A DNA stretch of 32,000 bases from Halalkalibacterium halodurans. Its GTDB lineage: Bacteria; Bacillota; Bacilli; Bacillales; Bacillaceae_D. Under the pieces are notes generated by a model. That model saw only the letters and a program-made list of their open reading frames with translations. It did no database searches and was not told the DNA's origin. The position numbers were made by a program, and so were the translations under genes. Location of the stretch: NCBI RefSeq assembly GCF_004376175.1, contig NZ_SNUY01000010.1, positions 42,298-74,297 of the forward strand, in the 5' to 3' direction. Position 1 is the first letter of the stretch. Every line of letters starts with the position of its first letter. This document shows, one piece after another, positions 8,894-18,402 of this stretch.

Positions 8894-10528
8894 CTACAAC
8901 TCGATGCGATCGGCAAAATGGATTTCATCAACCGCTTTTAAGGCTTCGATCACTTCATCGGTGGCAACTTTGTCCACTGCTACCATCATGATCGCGTCGC
9001 CGCCTTCCTCTTGACGACCAACTTGCATTGTCGCGATGTTCACATTGTGCTCGGCGAGGAGCTGACCCATTTTTCCGATGACACCTGGACGGTCATTGTG
9101 TTGAATGTAAATTAAGTGACCTTCTGGAACAAAATCAACATTGAAGCCATTAATTTTCACAATCCGTGGTCCATATTCCTTAATAAACGTTCCGTGAACC
9201 TCAAACGTGCGATCTTCTCCATGAACGACCGCATGGATGATGTTTGCATACCCGAACGTTTGGTTGCTGCTATGCTTTTCTGTAAAACTAATTCCACGCT
9301 CTTTTGCAATGAGACCAGCGTTAACATCGTTCACGCCCGCATCAACACGTGGAGAAAGGAATCCGGCCATTAAGCTTCTTGTCGTAATCGACGTTTCAAT
9401 ATCGGCGACGTTCCCGCCGTAGCGAACTTCAATTTCTTGTACCGGTGTTTTCATACATTGGGAGAGCAAGAAGCCCATTTTCTTCGTTAACTCATAATAA
9501 GGCTTGACCTTCTCATAAACTTCTTTAGAGAGGGTCGGTAGGTTAATGGAGTTGCTGACAGGGTTGCCTTCTAAGAAGTGAAGAACTTCCTGTGAGACTT
9601 GTTCTGCCACGTTAAGCTGTGCTTCTTTTGTGGAAGCAGCAATATGCGGAGTGGCGATGACGTTGTCAAAGGCGAGTAGCTCTTCGTCAGCGACAGGCTC
9701 TTCTTCAAATACGTCCAATGCCGCACCAGCAATATGGCCTTCACGCAAGTAATGCTTAAGCGCCTCTTCATCGATGATTCCACCGCGGGCACAGTTAATG
9801 AGAAATACCCCTTTTTTCGTTTTGCCAATGTTTTTCATGCCTAGGAGGCCTTTCGTTTCTTTCGTTAAAGGGGTGTGGACCGTAATAATATCGGCGACCT
9901 GAAGAACGTCGTCTAAGCTTGCTACAGTGACACCAAGCTTTTCGGCACGGGCTTTCGTTAAAAATGGATCAAACACATAAGGAGTCATCTCAAACGCCTT
10001 GACACGTTTCGCAATTTGTGAGCCGATTCGGCCGAATCCGATAATCCCGAGCGTCTTGCCGCGGAGCTCGGTTCCTTGGAACGCCTTACGCTTCCATTCA
10101 CCTGCTTTTATCGATGCATTCGCTTGTGGAATTTTGCGCAGGAGGGAACAAATCATCGCAAAAGTATGCTCAGCCGTAGAAATGGTGTTTCCGTCGGGAG
10201 CGTTTACGACGACAATCCCATGCTTTGTCGCAGCATCGATGTCGATATTGTCAACGCCCACACCAGCGCGGGCAATGATTTTTAAGGAAGACATCTTTTC
10301 CATGAGTTCTTCTGTGACCGTTGTGGCGCTACGAACGAGTAACGCATCATATTCATGTAAATCATCCGCGTCTGCTACGTTTTGTTGTACGCACTCTACA
10401 CGAGGGTCATTCAATAAAGGGGAAAGTCCTTGTTCGCTCATAGCATCCGATACGAGGATGCGATAAATGGCTTTGTTCTCCGTTTGGCTTTTGTCAGCGA
10501 TTGCTTGTTCAATCACGTTAAACTCCAC
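8894..10528 (-). CDS. serA: D-3-phosphoglycerate dehydrogenase with C-terminal ACT domain
   Basis: YRILVSD...GLSPL at the N-terminus, the GxGxxG motif GIIGFGRIGS, the 2-hydroxyacid dehydrogenase core and the C-terminal ACT-like segment (LIYIQHNDRPGVIGKMG) all fit. The start may instead be the in-frame GTG ~12 nt downstream (about 10516), which has better spacing from GGAG. Confidence 0.9.
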   Translation of the reverse strand: MEFNVIEQAIADKSQTENKAIYRILVSDAMSEQGLSPLLNDPRVECVQQNVADADDLHEYDALLVRSATTVTEELMEKMSSLKIIARAGVGVDNIDIDAATKHGIVVVNAPDGNTISTAEHTFAMICSLLRKIPQANASIKAGEWKRKAFQGTELRGKTLGIIGFGRIGSQIAKRVKAFEMTPYVFDPFLTKARAEKLGVTVASLDDVLQVADIITVHTPLTKETKGLLGMKNIGKTKKGVFLINCARGGIIDEEALKHYLREGHIAGAALDVFEEEPVADEELLAFDNVIATPHIAASTKEAQLNVAEQVSQEVLHFLEGNPVSNSINLPTLSKEVYEKVKPYYELTKKMGFLLSQCMKTPVQEIEVRYGGNVADIETSITTRSLMAGFLSPRVDAGVNDVNAGLIAKERGISFTEKHSSNQTFGYANIIHAVVHGEDRTFEVHGTFIKEYGPRIVKINGFNVDFVPEGHLIYIQHNDRPGVIGKMGQLLAEHNVNIATMQVGRQEEGGDAIMMVAVDKVATDEVIEALKAVDEIHFADRIEL

Positions 10529-10629
10529 TCCTTAAATTAAGTATTCTCTCTTGATCGTCTGTCCTCTCTACCTTTAGCAGCAAGCAATGGAATGATTTTG
10601 AAGCACATGCCCCCCTAACATCAAACTTT

Positions 10630-10905
10630 TTTGATAGTAAAAAAACCTTCTGCCCACACGACGACTGTCGTGAGGGGCGGAAGGTTCATACCGCGGTGCC
10701 ACCCTCATTCACACATACTTGTTGTCGCAGTATGTGCCTCAAGGAGATTTAACTACGTCTCCAAGGTAACGGATTAACCGGAGCGCTCCTACTTAAATGT
10801 TCAGAGCGTCAACTCAGAAGGGCTACGGAAATTGTAGAGCCAAGCTGGTTCACAGCAACCACCAGCTCTCTGGATTGGTCATCTACATTCCTCATCTTCG
10901 TCATC
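10630..10905 (-). promoter_or_regulatory. T-box riboswitch leader controlling serA (probable Ser specifier)
   Basis: Read on the minus strand: a GA/K-turn start CGAUGACGAAG; an AGAGAG box (plus-strand 10861-10873); the T-box sequence AAUGAGGGUGGCACCGCGG (plus-strand 10691-10709); then immediately a terminator hairpin AACCUUCCGCCCC...GGGCAGAAGGUU (10644-10686) plus a U7 run. Confidence 0.85.
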
Positions 10906-10939
10906 GTTTTTAAGCAAATGTGTTTTATAATTTTTTGAT

Positions 10940-10969
10940 AACTTACCACAGGAGATGGACATTTGTCAA
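10940..10969 (-). promoter_or_regulatory. Candidate sigma-A promoter for the T-box/serA transcript
   Basis: On the minus strand, TTGACA (plus-strand 10964-10969) is followed by an 18-nt spacer and TAAGTT (10940-10945), just upstream of the leader. Confidence 0.4.
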
Positions 10970-11019
10970 TTAGGTACTGAAGATTTACGGTGAGAAATAT
11001 TGTGAAAAGAGGTGGTGAA

Positions 11020-12087
11020 ATGTTGAAACATGTTGTAGAAAAAGGGGAGACGCTAGCGAAAATTGCAAATCGCTACGGAGTTCGTGCGGTCGACCTTTTG
11101 GATAGCAATTCGTTTATTGCCCATGAACGATCTTACGTCTATCCGGGAACAGAACTTTTGATCCCAAAAAGCGTGAATTCAACATTTGCTGCAGGACCGT
11201 TCGAATGTTTGTATGAGTATGGATATACGGAGCTGCTGCTTGATCGGAATAGGCTAAAACAACAACGGGTTAAAGAATCGGTCATCGGCAAATCGGTCAT
11301 GGGGAAGGAGATTGTCGCATTTGAAATAGGATCAGGAGAGATTCCGATTTTTTATTCAGGCGGTTGGCATGCGAACGAATGGCATACAGCAAAATTTTTG
11401 ATGACTTTTTTACAAACGTTAATCGAGGCGGAGGTGAGTAAAGCCGATTTGTTCGGCTATTCGGTTTACGAGTTGCTAAAAAAGGTGACTCTCCATCTCG
11501 TGCCCCTCGTCAACCCTGATGGTGTCGAGCTTGTTCAGCAAGGAATCTACCCAGAACATCCTTTTTATGAACAGGTTCTTGCCATCAATAAAGGTGCACG
11601 GACGTTTGATCATTGGTCGAGCAACATTCGCGGTGTCGATTTGAACCACCAGTGGCCAGCAGGGTGGGAGAAGGAGGCGGCGGAAAGTCCACAGCAGCCA
11701 TGGCCGCGCCACTATAGCGGACCTTCGCCGCTGTCAGAACCAGAGGCGATCGCAATCTACGAGTATACGAAGGCAAATGACTTTGCGTATGTGCTTGCCT
11801 TTCATTCCCAAGGTCAAGAGATTTATTGGGGGTATAAAGGATTCGAGCCTAACGTTAGCAAAGCCATGGTGGAGCGCCTTTCACTTATGAGCTCGTATAA
11901 ACCGGTTCATACGGCGGATAGCGATGGGGGATACAAGGATTGGTTTATTCAAGAGACGAGAAGACCGGGATTTACAATTGAAGTGGGCGTAGGGAAAAAT
12001 CCGCTTCCACTTGAGGCGTTCGGAGAGATTTGGTCTAACAACATTTTGCTCGCATTGGAAGGGCTCACCTTACACGAACTTATGTAA
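11020..12087 (+). CDS. LysM-domain M14 zinc peptidase (gamma-D-glutamyl-L-diamino acid endopeptidase-like, YqgT-like)
   Basis: It has an N-terminal LysM (HVVEKGETLAKIANRYGV) and then an M14 carboxypeptidase core with WHANEWHT (HxxE zinc motif) and LAFHSQG. ATG 11020 follows the RBS AGAGGTGGTGA. Confidence 0.8.
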   Translation: MLKHVVEKGETLAKIANRYGVRAVDLLDSNSFIAHERSYVYPGTELLIPKSVNSTFAAGPFECLYEYGYTELLLDRNRLKQQRVKESVIGKSVMGKEIVAFEIGSGEIPIFYSGGWHANEWHTAKFLMTFLQTLIEAEVSKADLFGYSVYELLKKVTLHLVPLVNPDGVELVQQGIYPEHPFYEQVLAINKGARTFDHWSSNIRGVDLNHQWPAGWEKEAAESPQQPWPRHYSGPSPLSEPEAIAIYEYTKANDFAYVLAFHSQGQEIYWGYKGFEPNVSKAMVERLSLMSSYKPVHTADSDGGYKDWFIQETRRPGFTIEVGVGKNPLPLEAFGEIWSNNILLALEGLTLHELM

Positions 12088-12104
12088 AGGCATAGTGAAA
12101 GAAT

Positions 12105-12137
12105 GAAAAAGACTCGGGATAATCCCGAGCCTTTTTT
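12105..12137. terminator. Bidirectional intrinsic terminator
   Basis: The sequence aaaaag-actcggga-taa-tcccgag-ccttttttcc lies between convergent genes. Confidence 0.7.
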
Positions 12138-12144
12138 CCATATA

Positions 12145-12636
12145 TTATCCTTTATAACGAGCAAAGCACTCGTCAATTAATTTAGCGGCTGCTTCTGCAT
12201 CTTCATACGCACCAACCTCTGTTTTCTTTCCTTCAAGGTCTTTGTACGTTTTGAAGAAGTGAGCGATTTCATCCAGCTTATGCTTGGGTAGATCGTTTAA
12301 AGAGTTCACATCTTTAAAACGAGGATCTTCTGTTGGAACGGCGATTAGTTTTTGATCCTCTTCACCACCGTCAATCATGTTTAAAAATCCGAGTACTTTG
12401 GCATCAATAACGCAGCCCGGGAATGTTGGATTTGAGACAATGACAAGAACATCTAATGGATCGCCGTCAAGGGCTAGTGTGTTTTCAATGTAGCCGTATT
12501 CTGCTGGATAGAACATTGGCGAAAAAAGAACACGATCCAATTTGAAAACGCCACGCTCTTTGTCATACTCGTATTTGTTTTGACTACCAGTTGGAATTTC
12601 AATAAATGCTTCAATGACCTTTGGTTCGATTGCCAT
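12145..12636 (-). CDS. ppa: Inorganic pyrophosphatase, family I
   Basis: MAIEPKVIEAFIEIPTGSQNKYEYDKE...DGDPLDVLV is the classic family I PPase signature. I prefer the ATG at 12636, with the RBS AGGGAGGA, over the longer track ORF. Confidence 0.9.
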   Translation of the reverse strand: MAIEPKVIEAFIEIPTGSQNKYEYDKERGVFKLDRVLFSPMFYPAEYGYIENTLALDGDPLDVLVIVSNPTFPGCVIDAKVLGFLNMIDGGEEDQKLIAVPTEDPRFKDVNSLNDLPKHKLDEIAHFFKTYKDLEGKKTEVGAYEDAEAAAKLIDECFARYKG

Positions 12637-12707
12637 CTGAAGTCCTCCCTTGTTATGTATAAATGTAATCAACGTCCATTATAGCAACTTCGAAAAAAGA
12701 AAGGAAG

Positions 12708-12741
12708 AAAAAAACGGCTCCACCGAAAAGGGCCGCTTTTT
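12708..12741 (-). terminator. Probable terminator of fer
   Basis: A GC-rich short stem (cggc.cc/gg.gccg) is flanked by an A7 run on the plus strand, which gives a U-run on the minus-strand transcript. Confidence 0.5.
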
Positions 12742-12752
12742 CTGCCAACGAT

Positions 12753-13028
<276 letters not shown>

Positions 13029-13279
13029 CTATCTCTTCTCTAACAGTTGTATGACAGAAAAGAAATGGATGTTTATATATTTTTAACGGTCAGCTCGTTC
13101 GTTCCAGTAACTATTGTATCGGTGATGACAACAGTTTTCAACCGTTAAGTTTTTTTCGTATAACGGTTTGTCTTTAACTTGTCCAGAGAGAGTGAGCATT
13201 ACCCCTCTTTTTCAGAGCATTGTCTGTTAAAATAAACGAAGAGCTGTGATCGGTAATTTCGGTGAAGGGAGAGGCGTTC

Positions 13280-14359
13280 ATGACGAATCACGTAACAAAA
13301 GGTGTCATCTTACTGGCAATCGATCGGGTAAGGGGTGATCGCTCCATTTACGGCCTTTACCATTTATTGAACGGAAAACGATCAGCACAAACGATTCAAG
13401 ATGGACACTTATTTGGACTGCTTCCTTACTTCGGACTTCTTTCCCATCTATCGCGAACCGAGTTTGAGGAATTAATTGAGGAGTTAAAAAAGGATGATGC
13501 TCTCACGGTCAACGATAGGCGAGTGGTCGTGACAGCTAAGGGGAGAGAGGAGCTTGAAGAGTGGCGACATACACATACCTTTCTTCACTATGTCGATGGA
13601 TGGAGATGGAAGAATGAAACGAAAAAAGCTTGGATGTGTTTACAATTATGGTTGCAAGCCTTATCGAATCGTGTCGCAGGTGTAACGTTTTATCCTGTAA
13701 CCTTAAATGAGGCCGTTCAACAATGGGTGAAGCGAACCATTCCTCACAGCCCACAAGCTCGCATCCAGCAATTAACACGATTGCATCATGAACTCGTCGA
13801 GCTGTTGACGAAAATGGAGGAAGTGCAATGCGAAGTGCTCGTTCGCCAATTAAGCGGATCTACACAAATCGGCCAAACGTTGGAGCAAATCGCCTATGAT
13901 CTAGGGCTCTCCCGATCTGATGCAGCTTTGATCCATACAGTATCGCTACAGCAAATTGGTTCGGTTGTTATAGAGAATCGTGAGTGTTATCCGCTGATCC
14001 AGTCGTTGTTTCAATCGGGAGAAGATTCGGGTAACGTGTTAACCAATTCAGCTCAGAAGACGTGGTCAATGTTCAGGCAAGGCTTATCATTAGAGGGAAT
14101 TGCAAAGGCTCGGCGATTAAAACGGAGCACGATTGAAGATCATTTTGTCGAAATTGCTCTACACGATGAGACGTTTTCGCTCAGGGCGTTTGTCCCGCGG
14201 GATTTGGAGCAAGAGATCATCCAAATTGCCAGAACGTTAAACACAAAAAAACTGAGGCCAATACGGGATCAGTTGACACAACCAGGTAGTTACTTTCAAA
14301 TCCGATTAGTGCTTGTAAAAATGGAGGCTGTACATGAATTTGGAACAAGAATTACATAA
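13280..14359 (+). CDS. ypbB: YpbB-like helicase-associated HTH protein
   Basis: It is ~360 aa, sits directly upstream of and overlaps a RecQ-family helicase, and is divergent from fer, as I recall for B. subtilis ypbB-recS. ATG 13280 follows GAAGGGAGAGG. The assignment rests on synteny and recall, not on a motif. Confidence 0.6.
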   Translation: MTNHVTKGVILLAIDRVRGDRSIYGLYHLLNGKRSAQTIQDGHLFGLLPYFGLLSHLSRTEFEELIEELKKDDALTVNDRRVVVTAKGREELEEWRHTHTFLHYVDGWRWKNETKKAWMCLQLWLQALSNRVAGVTFYPVTLNEAVQQWVKRTIPHSPQARIQQLTRLHHELVELLTKMEEVQCEVLVRQLSGSTQIGQTLEQIAYDLGLSRSDAALIHTVSLQQIGSVVIENRECYPLIQSLFQSGEDSGNVLTNSAQKTWSMFRQGLSLEGIAKARRLKRSTIEDHFVEIALHDETFSLRAFVPRDLEQEIIQIARTLNTKKLRPIRDQLTQPGSYFQIRLVLVKMEAVHEFGTRIT

Positions 14360-15809
14360 ATGGTTTGGATACCATTCGTTCCGCTCAGGACAAAAAGAAG
14401 TGATAGAAGCGCTAGTGGAGGGGAACGATGTGTTTGCGATGCTTCCGACAGGTACTGGGAAGTCCATTTGTTATCAATTACCGGCGCGAATAACAGAAGG
14501 GGTAACGCTCGTCATTTCACCACTGCTTTCACTAATGGAAGATCAAGTGCAGCAACTGAAATCGAACGGCTGGAAAGACGTGGCGGCGCTGAGTAGCTTT
14601 CTGTCAAAAGGAGCTAAGGAGCGAATTATTAAACAGCTTCATCTGTACAAGCTGTTGTTTCTCTCTCCTGAAATGGTGCAGCACCCTGTCGTTTTCAAGC
14701 GGTTAAAGCAAGTGAAGGTGTCGTATTTTGTTGTGGATGAAGCCCATTGTATTTCCCAATGGGGACATGATTTTCGTCCAGACTTCCTTCGCCTCTCAGA
14801 CGTGAAACACCAGCTTGGGAATCCACCATGTTTGGCGTTGACAGCAACGGCTACCCCAGCTGTTCAGCAAGACATCTTAACCCAATTATCGATTGATGAG
14901 GCAGTTACGATTGTTCATAGTGTGGACAGGCCAAACATATCCATTTCGGTAGAGCAAACACCGACCGTAAAGAATAAGCTTGAAGCAATTCGGGGGATTA
15001 TTGAGCGACATAGCGGGGCGGGGATTATTTATTTTTCAAGCCGTTTATGGAGTGAGCAAATCGCTAGGGAGCTTATGTTAAACGTCAAGAAACGAGTGGC
15101 CTTTTATCATGGGGGGATGAGCAACGAGGATCGAATCTTGATCCAACAGCAATTTATGGCGGGAGAGCTTGATTTGATTTGCAGTACGAGTGCATTTGGA
15201 ATGGGCATTAACAAGCAAGATATTCGCTTTGTGATTCATTACCATTACCCGCAGCAGATCGCCTCATATGTCCAGGAAATCGGTAGAGCCGGTCGTGATG
15301 GACTTGCGAGTAGCGCCTATGTGCTGTTTTCGGAGGAGGATAAGGGATTAGCTCGTTCGCTCATGACACATGATCACCCGTCAAAGGATGAAATCATTCA
15401 AATGATTCAAGATTGTCAAACAACTGAAGTGCCTTCATATGGCGGGGATGTAGCGACGGCACACAGATTCGTCCGCTTCTTGCTTGAGAGGTTTAAGAAA
15501 AGGAACCGGACCGTTGATGATTTCGTATCCATTGTGGAATCCCACTTTCAACAGCGCGAGCGAATAAAGGCAAAAGAACTATACTTAGTCGAAGAATGGT
15601 TACAGACAAAGGAATGCCGCCGGGAAAGGCTTCTGTCATTTTTTTCAGAACAACTGACAAGCCGGCCTGTACGGTGCTGTGATAATTGTGGTTTAAAAGA
15701 CCAGCCAGGTGAGCAAGCCTCTGCCATCATAGCAGTGGGTCAAACAGTGCCGCATTGGCGCGAGCGTCTAGCTTTATTGTGCCATCAATCGAAAGGAGGG
15801 CGGGGATGA
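14334..15809 (+). CDS. recS: RecQ-family ATP-dependent DNA helicase (RecS-like, no HRDC)
   Basis: [10 protein letters not shown], the Walker A motif [30 protein letters not shown], the motif [12 protein letters not shown] and a Zn-finger cysteine cluster (C...CCDNC) are all present. Confidence 0.9.
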   Translation: MNLEQELHKWFGYHSFRSGQKEVIEALVEGNDVFAMLPTGTGKSICYQLPARITEGVTLVISPLLSLMEDQVQQLKSNGWKDVAALSSFLSKGAKERIIKQLHLYKLLFLSPEMVQHPVVFKRLKQVKVSYFVVDEAHCISQWGHDFRPDFLRLSDVKHQLGNPPCLALTATATPAVQQDILTQLSIDEAVTIVHSVDRPNISISVEQTPTVKNKLEAIRGIIERHSGAGIIYFSSRLWSEQIARELMLNVKKRVAFYHGGMSNEDRILIQQQFMAGELDLICSTSAFGMGINKQDIRFVIHYHYPQQIASYVQEIGRAGRDGLASSAYVLFSEEDKGLARSLMTHDHPSKDEIIQMIQDCQTTEVPSYGGDVATAHRFVRFLLERFKKRNRTVDDFVSIVESHFQQRERIKAKELYLVEEWLQTKECRRERLLSFFSEQLTSRPVRCCDNCGLKDQPGEQASAIIAVGQTVPHWRERLALLCHQSKGGRG

Positions 15810-16396
15810 AGAGACAGCAACAGCTTATAAAACAGATGACAGACAGAGAGCTTTTAATAAATCTCTATCTTTCACAAACGTCCATGCTCGTCATTGCGTT
15901 CATATTAGGTTGGTGGTGGTTTGGAAGCTGGGACGCTTACATCGACATCCTTCGTTTCGAGCCGTTCAACATTTTCGTTCTCGGTGGCGGTGCAGCCGTT
16001 CTCGTTGTGACAGTCGACATTGTTTTATACCGATATGTTCCAAAAGAATGGATGGATGATGGGGGCATTAATGAGCGAGTGTTTCGCAACAGATCCACTT
16101 TCCACATTGCGTTTTTATCTCTCGTTGTTGCCGTTGCGGAAGAAACGTTATTCCGCGGCATCATTCAGCAACAGCTTGGTCTCGTGATCGCAAGTCTCGT
16201 GTTCGCTCTCGTCCACTTTCGCTATTTACATAAGCCTATTTTGTTTATAAGCATCGTTGCGATCAGCTTTTTGCTAGGGGTTTTGTTTTTAGTGACAGGG
16301 AATTTACTCGTCACCATCTTTGCTCATTTTTGCATCGATTTTCTTCTCGGGATCTTCTTGCGAAATATGTTAAAATCATCTTCAAATCGGGTATAA
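15806..16396 (+). CDS. CPBP family intramembrane glutamic endopeptidase (YpbD-like)
   Basis: It is a multi-TM protein with the AEETLFRG motif and later FALVHF and FAHFxxD motifs. ATG 15806 follows GGAGGG and overlaps the helicase stop in an ATGA junction. Confidence 0.8.
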   Translation: MKRQQQLIKQMTDRELLINLYLSQTSMLVIAFILGWWWFGSWDAYIDILRFEPFNIFVLGGGAAVLVVTVDIVLYRYVPKEWMDDGGINERVFRNRSTFHIAFLSLVVAVAEETLFRGIIQQQLGLVIASLVFALVHFRYLHKPILFISIVAISFLLGVLFLVTGNLLVTIFAHFCIDFLLGIFLRNMLKSSSNRV

Positions 16397-16428
16397 CGTA
16401 GCCGATAATAACAATAGGGGGGATGATT

Positions 16429-16668
16429 ATGCCAGCACACGTGAATAACCAAGCAGAACATTTGCGGTATGAAGCTAAAGGCAGAAACGTGGAAGAGTTG
16501 CCTGTTGCTAGCGAAAAGCTGCCTTCTCGGCTTGACGTGCATCGCCGTAAGCGAAGGAAGAAGAAAAAGGCGCTTAGCTTTCCACTCATTCGGATCTTGC
16601 TCGTGTTTTTTTTCCTTATTGTCATTGGCGCCCTATTATCTCCGTTTTGGCTTGAATACATGTTATAA
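16429..16668 (+). CDS. Small single-pass membrane protein with a polybasic juxtamembrane stretch
   Basis: A hydrophilic N-terminus, RRKRRKKKK, then a TM segment (LIRILLVFFFLIVIGALL). The RBS is GGGGGGA. No family recognised with certainty. Confidence 0.45.
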   Translation: MPAHVNNQAEHLRYEAKGRNVEELPVASEKLPSRLDVHRRKRRKKKKALSFPLIRILLVFFFLIVIGALLSPFWLEYML

Positions 16669-16727
16669 AAGTTAGTTCTTTAAGCCCCTCTTCGTTCATA
16701 TATCAGATAATGAAGGGGGACTGAAGC

Positions 16728-17177
16728 ATGGGCGGTAAAGGAGCAACTCTGTTCATAAAAAATCGAGTGACCGATGTGACATATGTTATGATTGAAGAGC
16801 TAATTGTCCGTAAAGAAAAATGGGATAAGCTCGAAAAACAGCTTCGATTTTGGTCTGTGCTCGGACTAGCGTTCTTGTTACTAGGCATCATCCATGTCAT
16901 CGTCCTTACTACAAGCACGCACACCACATATTTATTGCAGTTCATTAGTGGCAATCAGACGTTTTTATTCGTGTTGTTAGGTGTGGCCCTTTCGTTCTTT
17001 CAAATGCAATTCGTTCATAAAAAAGCTGAAAAGGCGGAAACGGAATATGAAGAGCTTCGCAAGGAACTTGTGGAACGCTCGGTCGAACTATGGGATACGG
17101 AACCTTTGTGGCAAAAGCGAAATGAGACGTTCCAACACTTAAAGGATACATTTGATATTAATTTATATTATAAATAA
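16728..17177 (+). CDS. Membrane protein, two predicted TM segments plus a C-terminal charged helix (possibly YpbF/DUF2663-like)
   Basis: It has the RBS GAAGGGGGA, two hydrophobic segments (VLGLAFLLLGIIHVIVL and FLFVLLGVALSFF), and is followed by a terminator. The family call rests only on synteny recall. Confidence 0.55.
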   Translation: MGGKGATLFIKNRVTDVTYVMIEELIVRKEKWDKLEKQLRFWSVLGLAFLLLGIIHVIVLTTSTHTTYLLQFISGNQTFLFVLLGVALSFFQMQFVHKKAEKAETEYEELRKELVERSVELWDTEPLWQKRNETFQHLKDTFDINLYYK

Positions 17178-17181
17178 CAGC

Positions 17182-17215
17182 AAAAAAGCCTGATCGACAA
17201 CATCAGGCTTTCTTT
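17182..17215. terminator. Bidirectional intrinsic terminator
   Basis: The sequence aaaaaa-gcctgat-cgacaac-atcaggc-tttcttt is shared by convergent ORFs. Confidence 0.65.
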
Positions 17216-17448
17216 AGTGAAGGGGTGGTTACAGGCTGACCAAAGAACAAGCATTGATCGCGGGAAAAGGTTTGGTCATTTACTTGAACGTACTCTTCGC
17301 TATATGCTTGTATCCGACCAAAGGCGAGTGTGTGCAAACGTTGAAGGCAGACAACTTCAATCGGCAATCCGATCGTTCGGTTAAAGTGGAGGTCCGCATT
17401 TGTCACGAGTGATTTTTCCAATCGTTTCGTTGTGAACAAATAAGTCAC
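17203..17448 (-). CDS. Hypothetical small protein (about 78-81 aa)
   Basis: It is the only ORF here on the minus strand. AAGGAAGG lies upstream, with a likely TTG start at 17439. Its stop lies within the terminator stem. No recognisable family. Confidence 0.35.
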   Translation of the reverse strand: MTYLFTTKRLEKSLVTNADLHFNRTIGLPIEVVCLQRLHTLAFGRIQAYSEEYVQVNDQTFSRDQCLFFGQPVTTPSLKKA

Positions 17449-17749
17449 CTTCCTTTTTCTGTTTTTTTAAATGATAACCAACACGAGCATTTAAACATAA
17501 GTTGTTTCATTTATTTGGACATATCATGTTTTATGAGAGATGGATCGAAAGAAATGTTAACGGTTTCATAATTAAAATTATACAATGAATGGAAATGAAT
17601 TTCAATAAGTTTCTGAAAATTCTTGGTTAGAATTAGAAGTAAATGAATGTCTTATAATTGTCACAAAATGATCACATGAAAAGCCTTTGTTCATGTTAAG
17701 CTACAAGATAAGGAAACGTTTTAAAAAGATATGGGAGTGGATCAAGAGA

Positions 17750-17860
17750 ATGATGACAGCAGGGCAATTAGGTGCAATTATTGGCATTGGTTTTTTAGCA
17801 ATGGGAATTGCAGTGTTAATGGCATATTCTCTCTACAAATTCTCAAATATGTCAGATTAA
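17750..17860 (+). CDS. 36-aa hydrophobic peptide (MMTAGQLGAIIGIGFLAMGIAVLMAYSLYKFSNMSD), not in the ORF track
   Basis: The RBS GGGAGTGG (17733-17740) lies 9 nt upstream of the ATG. The peptide has a single TM-like core with a polar tail, and a strong terminator begins 8 nt after the TAA. Confidence 0.45.
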   Translation: MMTAGQLGAIIGIGFLAMGIAVLMAYSLYKFSNMSD

Positions 17861-17867
17861 TTTACTA

Positions 17868-17900
17868 GGCTGGTACTCATAAAGAGGTACCAGCCTTTTT
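17868..17900 (+). terminator. Intrinsic terminator after the small peptide ORF
   Basis: ggctggtac-tcataaagag-gtaccagcc forms a perfect 9-bp stem followed by ttttt. Confidence 0.75.
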
Positions 17901-17951
17901 CGTATATAATCATAACTAGAGTACTTACAGCACATCTTGGGGGGATGGACG

Positions 17952-18341
17952 TTGCTCGTTTTTGTTTATGGGACGCTTCGCAAAGGAGGAGCCAACGATC
18001 ATTATTTGCGCGGAGCCCGGTGTCACAATCGGCGTTGCTATGTATATGGTCACTTGTATGATTCAGGGCTCGGCTATCCAGCACTTATAGCCGATGAAAA
18101 AGGGGGAAAGGTGGTTGGTGAACTTTATGAGATTAATGAACAGCATTTAGTTTCCCTTGATGAATTGGAGGATTATGCTCCAGATCGGAATCATAACTTG
18201 TACGAGCGGGTCTTACATACACTAGAAGACGGTAGCCATTGTTATTTATATGTAGTTACTCCTGACTCGCCCCTTGTGCGCACATTGATTCCTTCGGGGG
18301 ATTGGCTTGACTGGACGGAAAACAAAAAATCAACCGAATAA
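17952..18341 (+). CDS. Gamma-glutamylcyclotransferase (AIG2/GGACT-like) family protein
   Basis: The N-terminal VFVYGTLRKGGxN motif and the later LDELEDY...Y pattern are typical of the family. I prefer TTG 17952, after GGGGGGA. Confidence 0.8.
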   Translation: MLVFVYGTLRKGGANDHYLRGARCHNRRCYVYGHLYDSGLGYPALIADEKGGKVVGELYEINEQHLVSLDELEDYAPDRNHNLYERVLHTLEDGSHCYLYVVTPDSPLVRTLIPSGDWLDWTENKKSTE

Positions 18342-18402
18342 ACAGACTTTTCTTTTATTTACAGGAGCGTTACACTAGAAGAAAAAGATGGAGGGGATTC
18401 AG

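Noticed and set aside
9116-10466. Plus-strand ORFs 9116-9373, 9237-9422, 9999-10466 and 10076-10285, plus the minus-strand out-of-frame ORF 9571-9828, all inside serA
   Set aside because: All lie within the strongly supported serA CDS, either antisense or in another frame. They have no RBS and show odd, Cys/Ser/Arg-rich compositions typical of shadow ORFs.
16311-16675. Overlapping ORFs 16311-16661(-), 16324-16542(-) and 16469-16675(+) around the small membrane protein gene
   Set aside because: They are mutually exclusive with the plus-strand ORF that has an RBS and a clear TM segment. They arise from the purine-rich polybasic-coding stretch.
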